The position numbers and the translations under genes are program-made. A stretch of 64,000 bases of DNA from Rhodoferax sp. (lineage in GTDB: Bacteria > Pseudomonadota > Gammaproteobacteria > Burkholderiales > Burkholderiaceae_C): NCBI RefSeq assembly GCF_023701345.1, contig NZ_JAMPXE010000002.1, positions 14,109-78,108 on the forward strand, in the 5' to 3' direction. Shown here piece by piece: positions 18,205 to 31,464 of the stretch (within the stretch, counting starts at the first letter, position 1; each line of letters starts with the position of its first letter). The notes beneath the pieces are model-generated. The model had not been told where the DNA came from. It worked only from the letters and a program-made list of their open reading frames with translations, and ran no database searches.

Positions 18205-18453
18205 TCACTTGTGCATTTTGAAATGCCGTGCCAAATGCAGAAATGGGCGCAGACATGCAGGAAGTACGTTAATACATGCTACGAGCCGGTCAATCAGTTT
18301 AGTGTTGCATATACCGGTCCATGACGACCGACAGCAACTGGTCCTTCAAGAGTCATCCGCTGCATACCTGATGATGGCATGCCCCTATTCTTCCTCGTAT
18401 GCGCCAAGATACCACCAGCCAGCAGATGGTGAGTTGGGCTGACGGCCTATGGT

Positions 18454-20715
<2,262 letters not shown>

Positions 20716-20767
20716 AAATTTCCTTCAAATCAAAAAAACCTGGATTGCCACGCTGCGCAATGACACT

Positions 20768-21706
20768 TCAGGACGGGGACAGCTCAGGCCAATACAAGCG
20801 CATCGGGTTGGCCACCAGCAGCTGGTACTGCAGCGCTGCGGTGGGGGCGATGTGCGGAATAAAGTCGACCAGCAGGCCGTCGTCGGGCATGTGGTCCTTG
20901 AGGTTGGGGTGCGGCCAGTCGGTGCCCCAGAGCACGCGGTTCGGGAACTCTGCAACGATCGCCCGGGCAAACGGCACCACGTCGCGGTAAGCGTTCTGCT
21001 CGCCGTTCAGGGCTTTCGGGCCGGTCACGCTCAGGCGCTCGGGGCAGCTGACCTTGCTCCAGACGTTGGCGTGCTCGCGCATGAATTTCTGGAACAGGGC
21101 AAACTGCGGGCCGTCCACCGGCAGCGACACGTCGGGGCGGCCCATGTGATCGACCACCACGGTGGTGGGCAGCGCCGTAAAAAAATCCCACAGTTCGGGC
21201 AGATCCACCGCTTCAAAATAGATCACCACATGCCAGCCCCAGTGCTTGATGCGCGCGGCAATTTCCATCAGCTCGTCCTTGGGCGTGAAGTCCACCAGGC
21301 GCTTGACAAAGTTGAAGCGAACGCCGCGCACACCGGCGTCGTGCATGGCCTGCAGTTCGGTGTCGCTCACGCTGCGTTTCACGGTGGCCACGCCGCGCGC
21401 CCTGCCTTCTGAATGGATGAGCGCATCGACCAGCGCGCGGTTGTCGGCGCCATGGCAGGTGGCCTGCACAATCACGTTTTTGTCGAATCCGAGGTGGTCG
21501 CGCAGCGCAAACAGCTGCGCCTTGGAGGCATCACACGGCGTGTACTTGCGCTCGGGGGCATAGGGGAACTCGGCACCCGGGCCGAACACGTGGCAATGCG
21601 CGTCCACCGCACCGGCGGGCAATTTGAACGTGGGCTTGGCAGGACCGGCGTACCAGTCCATCCAGCCGGAGGTTTTGGTGAAATCACCTGTGGTGGCTTG
21701 GCTCAT
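20768..21706 (-). CDS. ligI: 2-pyrone-4,6-dicarboxylate hydrolase
   Basis: DAHCHVFGP, VQATCHG, RFNF, DHMGRP, WGTDWPHP. Confidence 0.93.
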   Translation of the reverse strand: MSQATTGDFTKTSGWMDWYAGPAKPTFKLPAGAVDAHCHVFGPGAEFPYAPERKYTPCDASKAQLFALRDHLGFDKNVIVQATCHGADNRALVDALIHSEGRARGVATVKRSVSDTELQAMHDAGVRGVRFNFVKRLVDFTPKDELMEIAARIKHWGWHVVIYFEAVDLPELWDFFTALPTTVVVDHMGRPDVSLPVDGPQFALFQKFMREHANVWSKVSCPERLSVTGPKALNGEQNAYRDVVPFARAIVAEFPNRVLWGTDWPHPNLKDHMPDDGLLVDFIPHIAPTAALQYQLLVANPMRLYWPELSPS

Positions 21707-22635
21707 CGTTCATTCCTTGGTTTGACCTGCGCGAGCATGCGGTCGGCCTCGACACGCCAGTCTGCGCTGCGGGCGAATTCAGGCGTGCCTTTGGGGCCGA
21801 ACACACCGCTGTCGGCCAGATCGGCCACCCAGGCCTGGCGCTCGGCGGTTCCCGACGCTGACCAGGGGGTCAGACCGGCATCACGCACGGTCTCGGCCAC
21901 TTCACGCACTTCTTCGCTGCGGCGTCGGCCATGCTCGATGACGCGTTGAAAGAAATAGGCGGCCTGTTTTTCCCAGTCGATGCCGGGGAAGGTCTCATAG
22001 AGTGAGGCCACCACCGCGTCTTCCACGCCGTAGTGGCGGGCTGTGGTGAAGCTCTCGATCACCATGGCCTCCAGCCCCTTGATCATGACGCTGCGGCACA
22101 TCTTGGTGGCACTGGCCACGCCCAATTGCTCGCTGGCAACCTTGGCGGCAAAGCCCATCGCATTGAGCAGCGGGCACAAGGCATTGGCGTGTGCTCCCCC
22201 CAGCAGCAACGGCACCTTGATGCGGTACGGCGGGATGCTGGTCATGACGGCACCTTCCACATAACGGCCACCGGCTGCGTCGATCGAGGCAGCAGCACGC
22301 TGCTTGGCACCCGGAGAAGCCGAGTTGAAGTCAAGGAAGAAGCTGCCTCGCCGGACTGAGTCGGCACAGGCCTCTGCCACCCGCACGGTCTGGCTGGCAG
22401 TGACCGCGCTGATGATCAGGTCAGCGCCCGCCGCCAATTCACCGCTGGCGCCGAGCAAAGCCACACCATGCTGTGCCGCATGGGTCTGCAGGGGCGCGGC
22501 GGTGTCCGCGTTGTCCAACTTGAGGTCATAGGCGCTGACGGCGATGCTCTGGGCGCGCAGGTCTTCTGCCAGAATGCGGCCCACCTCGCCGTAACCGACC
22601 AGGCCAACGCGCCATTGTTTGGGATCTGTTTGCAT
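21703..22635 (-). CDS. NAD(P)-dependent oxidoreductase (6PGD/3-hydroxyisobutyrate DH-like N-domain, DUF1932-like C-domain)
   Basis: GLVGYGEVG, DFNSASP, KMCRSVMIKGLEA, HGRRRSEE. Confidence 0.8.
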   Translation of the reverse strand: MQTDPKQWRVGLVGYGEVGRILAEDLRAQSIAVSAYDLKLDNADTAAPLQTHAAQHGVALLGASGELAAGADLIISAVTASQTVRVAEACADSVRRGSFFLDFNSASPGAKQRAAASIDAAGGRYVEGAVMTSIPPYRIKVPLLLGGAHANALCPLLNAMGFAAKVASEQLGVASATKMCRSVMIKGLEAMVIESFTTARHYGVEDAVVASLYETFPGIDWEKQAAYFFQRVIEHGRRRSEEVREVAETVRDAGLTPWSASGTAERQAWVADLADSGVFGPKGTPEFARSADWRVEADRMLAQVKPRNER

Positions 22636-22645
22636 GGGGAGGTGT

Positions 22646-23329
22646 TCAGTCGATGTATTTCAGACCGGCTTTCTCCAGGCCTTCGCGCATCTTGTAGTAG
22701 TCGAGCCCGAGCACACCCGAGGCAAAGATGGAGCGCTTGGCGCCTTCGTTGGCCTCGCGCGCCTCGGCTGCATCGGCGACCTGTTGCGCCAGGGCGGCGG
22801 GCACCACCACCACACCGTCGATGTCGGCAATGACGACATCGCCGGGGTTGACCTGGGCGCCGGCGCACACCACGGGCACGTTGACCGAGCCCAGCGTGGC
22901 CTTGATCGTGCCTTTGGCATGGATGGCCTTGCTGAACACGGGAAAGTTCATTTCGGTCAGGTCTTTCACGTCGCGCACGCCGCCGTCGATGACCAGACCG
23001 ACGGCACCACGGGCCTGGAAGGAGGTGGCCAGCAGGTCGCCAAAAAAGCCGTCCGCGTTGTCGGTGGTGCAGGCGGCCACCACCACGTCACCGGGCTGCA
23101 ACTGCTCGGCGGCCACGTGCATCATCCAGTTGTCGCCCGGCTGCAGCAGCACCGTCACCGCCGTGCCGCAAATCTTGGCTTCGTTGTAGATCGGGCGCAG
23201 GTAGGGTTTCATGAGGCCGACGCGGCCCATGGCCTCGTGGATGGTGGCGACACCAAAGCGTGACAGTTTTGCGACCGCTGCCTTGTCGGCGCGGGTAATG
23301 TTGCGTTTGACGATACCGAGCTGATTCAT
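22646..23329 (-). CDS. ligK: 4-carboxy-4-hydroxy-2-oxoadipate aldolase (HMG/CHA aldolase)
   Basis: [32 protein letters not shown]. Confidence 0.93.
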   Translation of the reverse strand: MNQLGIVKRNITRADKAAVAKLSRFGVATIHEAMGRVGLMKPYLRPIYNEAKICGTAVTVLLQPGDNWMMHVAAEQLQPGDVVVAACTTDNADGFFGDLLATSFQARGAVGLVIDGGVRDVKDLTEMNFPVFSKAIHAKGTIKATLGSVNVPVVCAGAQVNPGDVVIADIDGVVVVPAALAQQVADAAEAREANEGAKRSIFASGVLGLDYYKMREGLEKAGLKYID

Positions 23330-23341
23330 ACTTTCTCCTGT

Positions 23342-23893
23342 TCAGGTGGGGGACGGCGCCTGGGTGATGTGCCGCACATGCAGCGACAGGCCAAGCGCCG
23401 CCATGTGGTTGCTGTTGCGACTCAGGATGGTCTCGGACAGGGGCAAAAACTGGGCTTCTTCAAAAGTGGCGTGGGCCTGGTAATCGTTCACCAGTTGCTG
23501 CACGGCGGCGGCATCGAGCAAAGCGGTCTGCCCTTTGGCCATTTTTTTCAGCTGGGGTTCCAGTTTGGCCCACATGGCTTCAATCTGCCGGTGTTCACGG
23601 GTCAACCGGTCGGTGATGGCCTTGACGTGCGTCAGCTCGGCGCCGGGCTCGGCGCTGGCCAGAACGGCTTCAAACAGCACCCGCTCTTCTTCCTCATGGT
23701 GATTGAAGATGACGTCACGAAAGAAGTTGCGCGTGCTCTCGGCGGCCTGACGCGTCCGCTCGGCGGCCTGCGCCTGGGCCGGCAAATCTTCCATGACCGT
23801 CAGTTGCCGCAGGATGCCTTCGTGGCAATGCGAAAAGTTGCTGATGGGGGCGTTATCGGTCGCCATCGGGGGTGATTGGTTTGTGCTGGCCAT
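23342..23893 (-). CDS. Hemerythrin-like (HHE cation-binding) protein
   Basis: His/carboxylate pattern SHCH, HHEEEE, REH and HATFEE in a predicted four-helix bundle. Confidence 0.8.
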   Translation of the reverse strand: MASTNQSPPMATDNAPISNFSHCHEGILRQLTVMEDLPAQAQAAERTRQAAESTRNFFRDVIFNHHEEEERVLFEAVLASAEPGAELTHVKAITDRLTREHRQIEAMWAKLEPQLKKMAKGQTALLDAAAVQQLVNDYQAHATFEEAQFLPLSETILSRNSNHMAALGLSLHVRHITQAPSPT

Positions 23894-23932
23894 GGTGAAC
23901 TACCTGAAGAAGTTGGGTGGGGCTGGACCGGA

Positions 23933-24964
23933 TCAGTCGGCTTGCCGGCCGGCGAGCCGCGCATCCAGGCGCGGGAACACGCGCCGCGCATTGCCTTCAT
24001 AAATCTGCTGGCGATCGGCATCGCTCAGAAGGGTGCTGGCTTCGATGTAGCGCTTGGTGTCGTCATAGTAATGACCGGTCTCGGGGTCAATACCACGCAC
24101 CGCGCCAATCATTTCACTGGCGAACAGCACGTTTTTCACCGGGATCACGGTGGTGAGCAGATCAATGCCGGGCTGGTGGTAAACGCAGGTGTCAAAGAAG
24201 ATGTTGTTGAGCAGATGCTCTTGCAACAGCGGCTTCTTCAATTCCTGCGCCAAGCCACGGAAACGGCCCCAGTGGTAGGGCACGGCGCCACCGCCATGCG
24301 GGATCAAAAACTTGAGCGTCGGAAAATCCTTGAACAGGTCGCTGGTCAGGCACTGCATGAAGGCCGTGGTGTCGGCGTTGAGGTAATGCGCGCCGGTGGT
24401 GTGGAAACAGGCGTTGCAACTGGTGGACACATGGATCATGGCCGGCAGCTCGTATTCCACCATCTTCTCGTAAATCGGGTACCAATGCCGGTCGCTCAAA
24501 GGGGGCGAGGTCCAGTGGCCGCCGCTGGGGTCGGGGTTGAGGTTGATACCCACTGCGCCATAGTCACGCACACATTTTTCCAGCTCTGGGATGCACGTTG
24601 CCGGATCCACGCCGGGCGATTGCGGCAGCATGGCCACCGGCACAAAGCTGTCCGGAAACAGCTGGCTGACGCGGAAACACAATTCATTGCAAATGGCCGC
24701 CCAGGTGCTGGAGACATTGAAATCGCCGATGTGGTGCGCCATGAAACTGGCGCGCGGACTGAACAGTGTCAGGTCAGAACCCCTGCTGCGCATCAGGCGC
24801 AACTGGTTGGCCTCGATCGACTCGCGCAGTTCGTCGTCGCTGATGTGCAGGTCGGCCGCCTTCGGGCTAAGGGCGGGGTCCTTGATGCCGGCGATTTGCT
24901 GGTTGCGCCAGGTTTCCAGCGCTTTGGGTGCGGTGGTGTAGTGGCCGTGGCAGTCGATGATCAT
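23933..24964 (-). CDS. ligJ: 4-oxalomesaconate hydratase (amidohydrolase fold)
   Basis: MIIDCHGHYT, FSPRAS, HVSTS, HGGG, FASEMIGA. Confidence 0.93.
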   Translation of the reverse strand: MIIDCHGHYTTAPKALETWRNQQIAGIKDPALSPKAADLHISDDELRESIEANQLRLMRSRGSDLTLFSPRASFMAHHIGDFNVSSTWAAICNELCFRVSQLFPDSFVPVAMLPQSPGVDPATCIPELEKCVRDYGAVGINLNPDPSGGHWTSPPLSDRHWYPIYEKMVEYELPAMIHVSTSCNACFHTTGAHYLNADTTAFMQCLTSDLFKDFPTLKFLIPHGGGAVPYHWGRFRGLAQELKKPLLQEHLLNNIFFDTCVYHQPGIDLLTTVIPVKNVLFASEMIGAVRGIDPETGHYYDDTKRYIEASTLLSDADRQQIYEGNARRVFPRLDARLAGRQAD

Positions 24965-24993
24965 GGCGATGCTTTCTAAAAATCATGGGTCAA

Positions 24994-27532
<2,539 letters not shown>

Positions 27533-27536
<4 letters not shown>

Positions 27537-28084
27537 GACTTCACCCCGCTTTGCGCCGCGCTCATGCGCCAGTGAAAACTCACCATGTAGAAACCAGCCA
27601 GCGCCATCAGCAGAAACCCGGGCACCATCAACACCTGGGCAACCCAGATTGGCCAGCCCAGAATCATGCTGGTCTCACCCGCCTCCTTGATCGCCAACGC
27701 CCCCACGGCGGCGCGCCAGGTGATCAGCGCCCCGAACAAGCCCACCAGCAGCGAGCCAAAAGCATCAAGGCGATGCACCGTGGCCGGACTGGCCTTGGCG
27801 GTGAAGAAGTCCACCTTGACATCACCGCCATTGAGGTGGCAGTAAGAAAAAAAGCTGGCCGAGGCAAAAGCGGCCGCCATTTGCAGCATTTCGACATCGC
27901 CGGGCACCGGCGCGGCAAACAGCTTGCGCCCGACAATGCTGATGATGCTCATGACCACGATGGCCACGAACATCAGGCCGCCCATGATGGCCGACACTTT
28001 GGAGGCGCGAAACAAAATTTGGCCTATAGGACCAAAGGCAAGCGAAGCGGCACCAGGGTCGGCACCGGGAATGGGCTCATGCAT
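27533..28084 (-). CDS. TRAP transporter small permease (DctQ)
   Basis: About four TM segments, PVPGDVE, DVKVDFF. Start ATG 28084. Confidence 0.85.
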
Positions 28085-28187
28085 GAACACTCCTACTCTG
28101 ACGCTGCCATCCAGGGACGCATCAAATGGTTGAAATTGGGGGATGACCTGTGTGACGCACGCCACCCAGGTCGAGCCGACAGCTTGC

Positions 28188-29222
28188 TTACTTGACCGCG
28201 TACTTGCTGATCAAGGCGCGTGCGTTTTCCAGCAGCAACTTGCCGTTGGCACCTTTGGCGGTGACATCTGCCACCCAATCCGTGGTGATTTGCTCGCTCG
28301 CCTTTTTCCAGCTTTGGAGCTCTGAGGCAGGAATCACGTTGTGGGTGTTCTTTTCGGTCAGCTTCTTGCCAATGCCATCGGCCGCCAGAAAGGTCTTGCC
28401 GACCTGACCTGACAGGGCCTGGCCGCTGTTGGCGTCGATCACCTTTTTCAGGTCAGGCGGCAGGCTCTCGTATTTGGCCTTATTCATGGCAAAAACGAAC
28501 GTGGAGGTGTAAATGGCGGGCTCGGCCGGGTCGGTCTCGGAATGGAACTTGACCAGCTCCTGGATCTTGACCGAAGGCACCACTTCATAGGGCACCAGGG
28601 CGCCGTCGATCACCGACTTGGCCAGGGCCTCGCTCACGGCCGGCACCGGCATGGCCACGGGGGTGGCACCCAATGCGGCCAGCAGCTTGTTGGTCTGGCG
28701 GGTCGGGGCACGGACTTTCAGACCCTTCAGGTCAGCCATGGTTTTGATGGGTTTGTTGGTCATGTGAAACACGCCATCGCCATGGACGTGCAGCGCCAGC
28801 AGCTTGACATCCTTGAACTCGGCGGCCACGTTCGGATTGGTTTGAACAAAGTCCCACAGCGCCTTGCTGGTGCCCTCCGGGCTTTGCATCATGAAGGGAA
28901 GCTCGAACACTTCAGACAAGGGGAAGCGACCCGCCATGTAGCCGGGCAACACCCAGGTCACATCGACCACGCCGTCCTTGACCTGGTCAAACAGCTGCGG
29001 CGGTGTGCCACCGAGCTGCATGGACGGGTAGATCTGGCATTTCATTTTGTCGCCGGATTCCAGGGCGATCTTGTCGCACCAGGGCTTGATGAACATGGTC
29101 TGGGCGGCCGAGCCGGCCGGCAGGAAGTGGTGCACCTTGAGCGTGACCGTCTGCGCTGAGGCGCTGAGTGCGGCGCAAGCCAGCACTGAGAGTGCCGCGA
29201 AGGATTTAAATGATGCTTTCAT
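28188..29222 (-). CDS. TRAP transporter substrate-binding protein (DctP)
   Basis: Signal peptide, YPSMQLGG, DLKGLKVRAP, GATPVAMP. Confidence 0.92.
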   Translation of the reverse strand: MKASFKSFAALSVLACAALSASAQTVTLKVHHFLPAGSAAQTMFIKPWCDKIALESGDKMKCQIYPSMQLGGTPPQLFDQVKDGVVDVTWVLPGYMAGRFPLSEVFELPFMMQSPEGTSKALWDFVQTNPNVAAEFKDVKLLALHVHGDGVFHMTNKPIKTMADLKGLKVRAPTRQTNKLLAALGATPVAMPVPAVSEALAKSVIDGALVPYEVVPSVKIQELVKFHSETDPAEPAIYTSTFVFAMNKAKYESLPPDLKKVIDANSGQALSGQVGKTFLAADGIGKKLTEKNTHNVIPASELQSWKKASEQITTDWVADVTAKGANGKLLLENARALISKYAVK

Positions 29223-29280
29223 GTTGTCTCCTGTTGTAAAAATAAAACCAAGTTTTCCAGTTCAAATGGTAGCGGTTGTT

Positions 29281-30405
29281 TCAGCGCGCCGAGGCAGGGC
29301 CGGACCAGATCGTGGCGGGCACCATGACCTCGCCCCGCATGATCAGGCGTGCCGTGCGCAGCAAGGCCGCTTGCGTCACTTGCTGCGGGTCTTGCGGGTC
29401 CAGCCCCAGGGCCACGCTGAATTCTCCGGTGGGGTGCTCGACCGATACCGTGGGCGCGTTGCCCGGCTGCATCACGGCCACGCCGTCGCACACCGAGCCC
29501 TTGAGCACACAGGCGGTCCCCACCGTGACGGCGGCCAGCACGCCAATGGCGTCATGGCACACATGCGGAATAAAACTGCGGGTGTTGATGCTGCCACCGG
29601 CGCGAGGCGGCGCAATCAGCGTCATTTTGGGATAGTTCTTTTGCGCCACATCGCCCAGGCCCATCTTGCGCGAAATCTGCAAACGCAGCGCTTCCAGGCG
29701 GCGCTTCAGGTTGTCATCGGCATTGAGTTCGGCCACGCTCTCATAACCGGTGCGGCCCATGTCGGCAGCTTCGATCAGCACCAGCGGCATGCCGTTGTCA
29801 ATGCAGGTCACATCGAGCGTAAAGGGGGCAAAATTTTCGCCAGTGACCGTGATGGTGTCACGTACCTGCCCTGTCGGCAGCAAGCTGGAACACACCGAGC
29901 CGGCGGTATCCAGAAAATTGATGGTGACTGGCGCGGCACTACCTGGAACGCCGTCAATGCGGGCGTCGCCACCGTAATTCACCCGGCCGCCTTGCGTGGC
30001 CACCGTGATGTCGCACTGCATGCCGGTGTTGAGGGTCAGCACGCGCGCTGTGGTGGTGTCACCCTGCACGGGAACCAGGCCGCGCTCGATGGCAAAGGGC
30101 AGCACGGCAGCCAGCATGTTGCCGCAGTTGGGCGTGGTGTCCACGGTGTCGCGCTCGGGCTGCAACTGGGCAAACAAAAAGTCCACCGCCACACCGGGCG
30201 TTTGACTGGTGCTGACGATGCCGACCTTGCTGGTCAGCGGGTGCGCGCCGCCCAACCCGTCGATCTGGCGCCGGTCCGGCGAACCCATCACCGCCAGCAG
30301 CACCCGGTCCCGCGTGGCCACGTCAGCAGGCAAATCCGAGGCCAGAAAAAATGGCCCGCGTGAGGTGCCACCGCGCATGAAATAACAGGGAATGGGAGTT
30401 TGCAT
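29281..30405 (-). CDS. ligU: 4-oxalomesaconate tautomerase (PrpF/LigU/GalD family)
   Basis: MRGGTSRG, QIDGLGG, TSKV, NCGNM, CIDNG, HDAIG, EHPTG. Confidence 0.88.
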   Translation of the reverse strand: MQTPIPCYFMRGGTSRGPFFLASDLPADVATRDRVLLAVMGSPDRRQIDGLGGAHPLTSKVGIVSTSQTPGVAVDFLFAQLQPERDTVDTTPNCGNMLAAVLPFAIERGLVPVQGDTTTARVLTLNTGMQCDITVATQGGRVNYGGDARIDGVPGSAAPVTINFLDTAGSVCSSLLPTGQVRDTITVTGENFAPFTLDVTCIDNGMPLVLIEAADMGRTGYESVAELNADDNLKRRLEALRLQISRKMGLGDVAQKNYPKMTLIAPPRAGGSINTRSFIPHVCHDAIGVLAAVTVGTACVLKGSVCDGVAVMQPGNAPTVSVEHPTGEFSVALGLDPQDPQQVTQAALLRTARLIMRGEVMVPATIWSGPASAR

Positions 30406-30463
30406 GGGGCGGATTTTGACGATATCTGCCGACCTTCAAAAGCCAATCAAGCCACTACCAGAT

Positions 30464-30495
30464 ATAACAACTTGGCATAATTGGCATCTTGTTAT
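30464..30495. promoter_or_regulatory. Candidate LysR binding region
   Basis: T-N11-A at 30465-30477, inverted ATAACAA/TTGTTAT, and TTGGCAT repeated directly, between the divergent ligU and LysR genes. Confidence 0.4.
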
Positions 30496-30542
30496 GGTTA
30501 ACCCTTAATCCCACAACACAGACACTTCACCGACGACAGCCC

Positions 30543-31451
30543 ATGGACCTGAAACAACTCGAATACTTTGTGCGCGTGGCCGAGCTTGGCAGTTTTACCC
30601 GCGCCGCCATTGCCCTGAACGTGGCGCAACCGGCACTAAGCCGTCAGGTGCGCCTGCTGGAAGTGGAGCTGCGGCAAAACCTGCTGACGCGCAACGGCCG
30701 CGGCGCCTTGCCCACCGAGGCCGGCAAACTGCTGCTGGCGCATGGTCGCGGCATCCTGCACCAAGTGGCACGTGCACGTGAAGAGTTGGGCCGGGTGCGC
30801 GGCTCGCTGGCGGGCAGAGTGGCCGTGGGCCTGCCGACCAGCCTGGCGCGGGTGCTGACCGTACCGCTGATCCGGGCCCATCAAACCGAATTGCCCGATG
30901 CCACGCTGGCCATCAGCGAAGGCTTGTCGATGCCCATGCAGGAGTCGCTACTGGCCGGGCGGCTCGACATTGCGGTGCTCTACAACGCCCAGCCCAGTTC
31001 CGACATCGACATCACCCCGCTGCTCGAAGAAGACCTGCTGCTGGTGCAACGGCGCCCGCCCGGTCTGGCCGAAGAACCGCCACCCGGCCCCATCACACTG
31101 CGCGAACTGGCCCGCTTGCCGCTGGTCATCCCGACCCGGCCCAACGCCATCCGCATGCAGGTGGAGACCGAACTCGCCAACCTGGGTTGTCGCCTGAACA
31201 TGGCACTTGAAATTGATGGGGTATCCGCGATTCTGGATCTGGTGGCAGACGGAGCCGGCAGCGCCGTGCTGTCGCGCAACGCAGTGGCCAGTTCGATCCG
31301 GCCCTCCGCATTCACCGTGCGCACCATCACGGACCCGGTATTGCGCACCAAAATCTGCATGGCCACCAGCGCACTTAGGCCCACCACACTGACGCAGCAA
31401 GCCACGCTGGCGCTGCTGCAGCGCACGGTGCAGCAGGTTTTCAAGCTGTAA
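30543..31451 (+). CDS. LysR-family regulator of the lig cluster
   Basis: MDLKQLEYFVRVAELGSFTRAA...QPALSRQ. Divergent from ligU. Confidence 0.92.
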   Translation: MDLKQLEYFVRVAELGSFTRAAIALNVAQPALSRQVRLLEVELRQNLLTRNGRGALPTEAGKLLLAHGRGILHQVARAREELGRVRGSLAGRVAVGLPTSLARVLTVPLIRAHQTELPDATLAISEGLSMPMQESLLAGRLDIAVLYNAQPSSDIDITPLLEEDLLLVQRRPPGLAEEPPPGPITLRELARLPLVIPTRPNAIRMQVETELANLGCRLNMALEIDGVSAILDLVADGAGSAVLSRNAVASSIRPSAFTVRTITDPVLRTKICMATSALRPTTLTQQATLALLQRTVQQVFKL

Positions 31452-31464
31452 AAAGCCGGAAAAC

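Noticed and set aside
18205-18453. Short ORFs in the gap between the HIT gene and ligC (18167-18442 on plus; a 28-codon ORF on minus), and a TTGGCACG motif
   Set aside because: No recognisable domain, no IS ends or att repeat, and the sigma54-like motif lacks the -12 GC. I treated it as a junction spacer.
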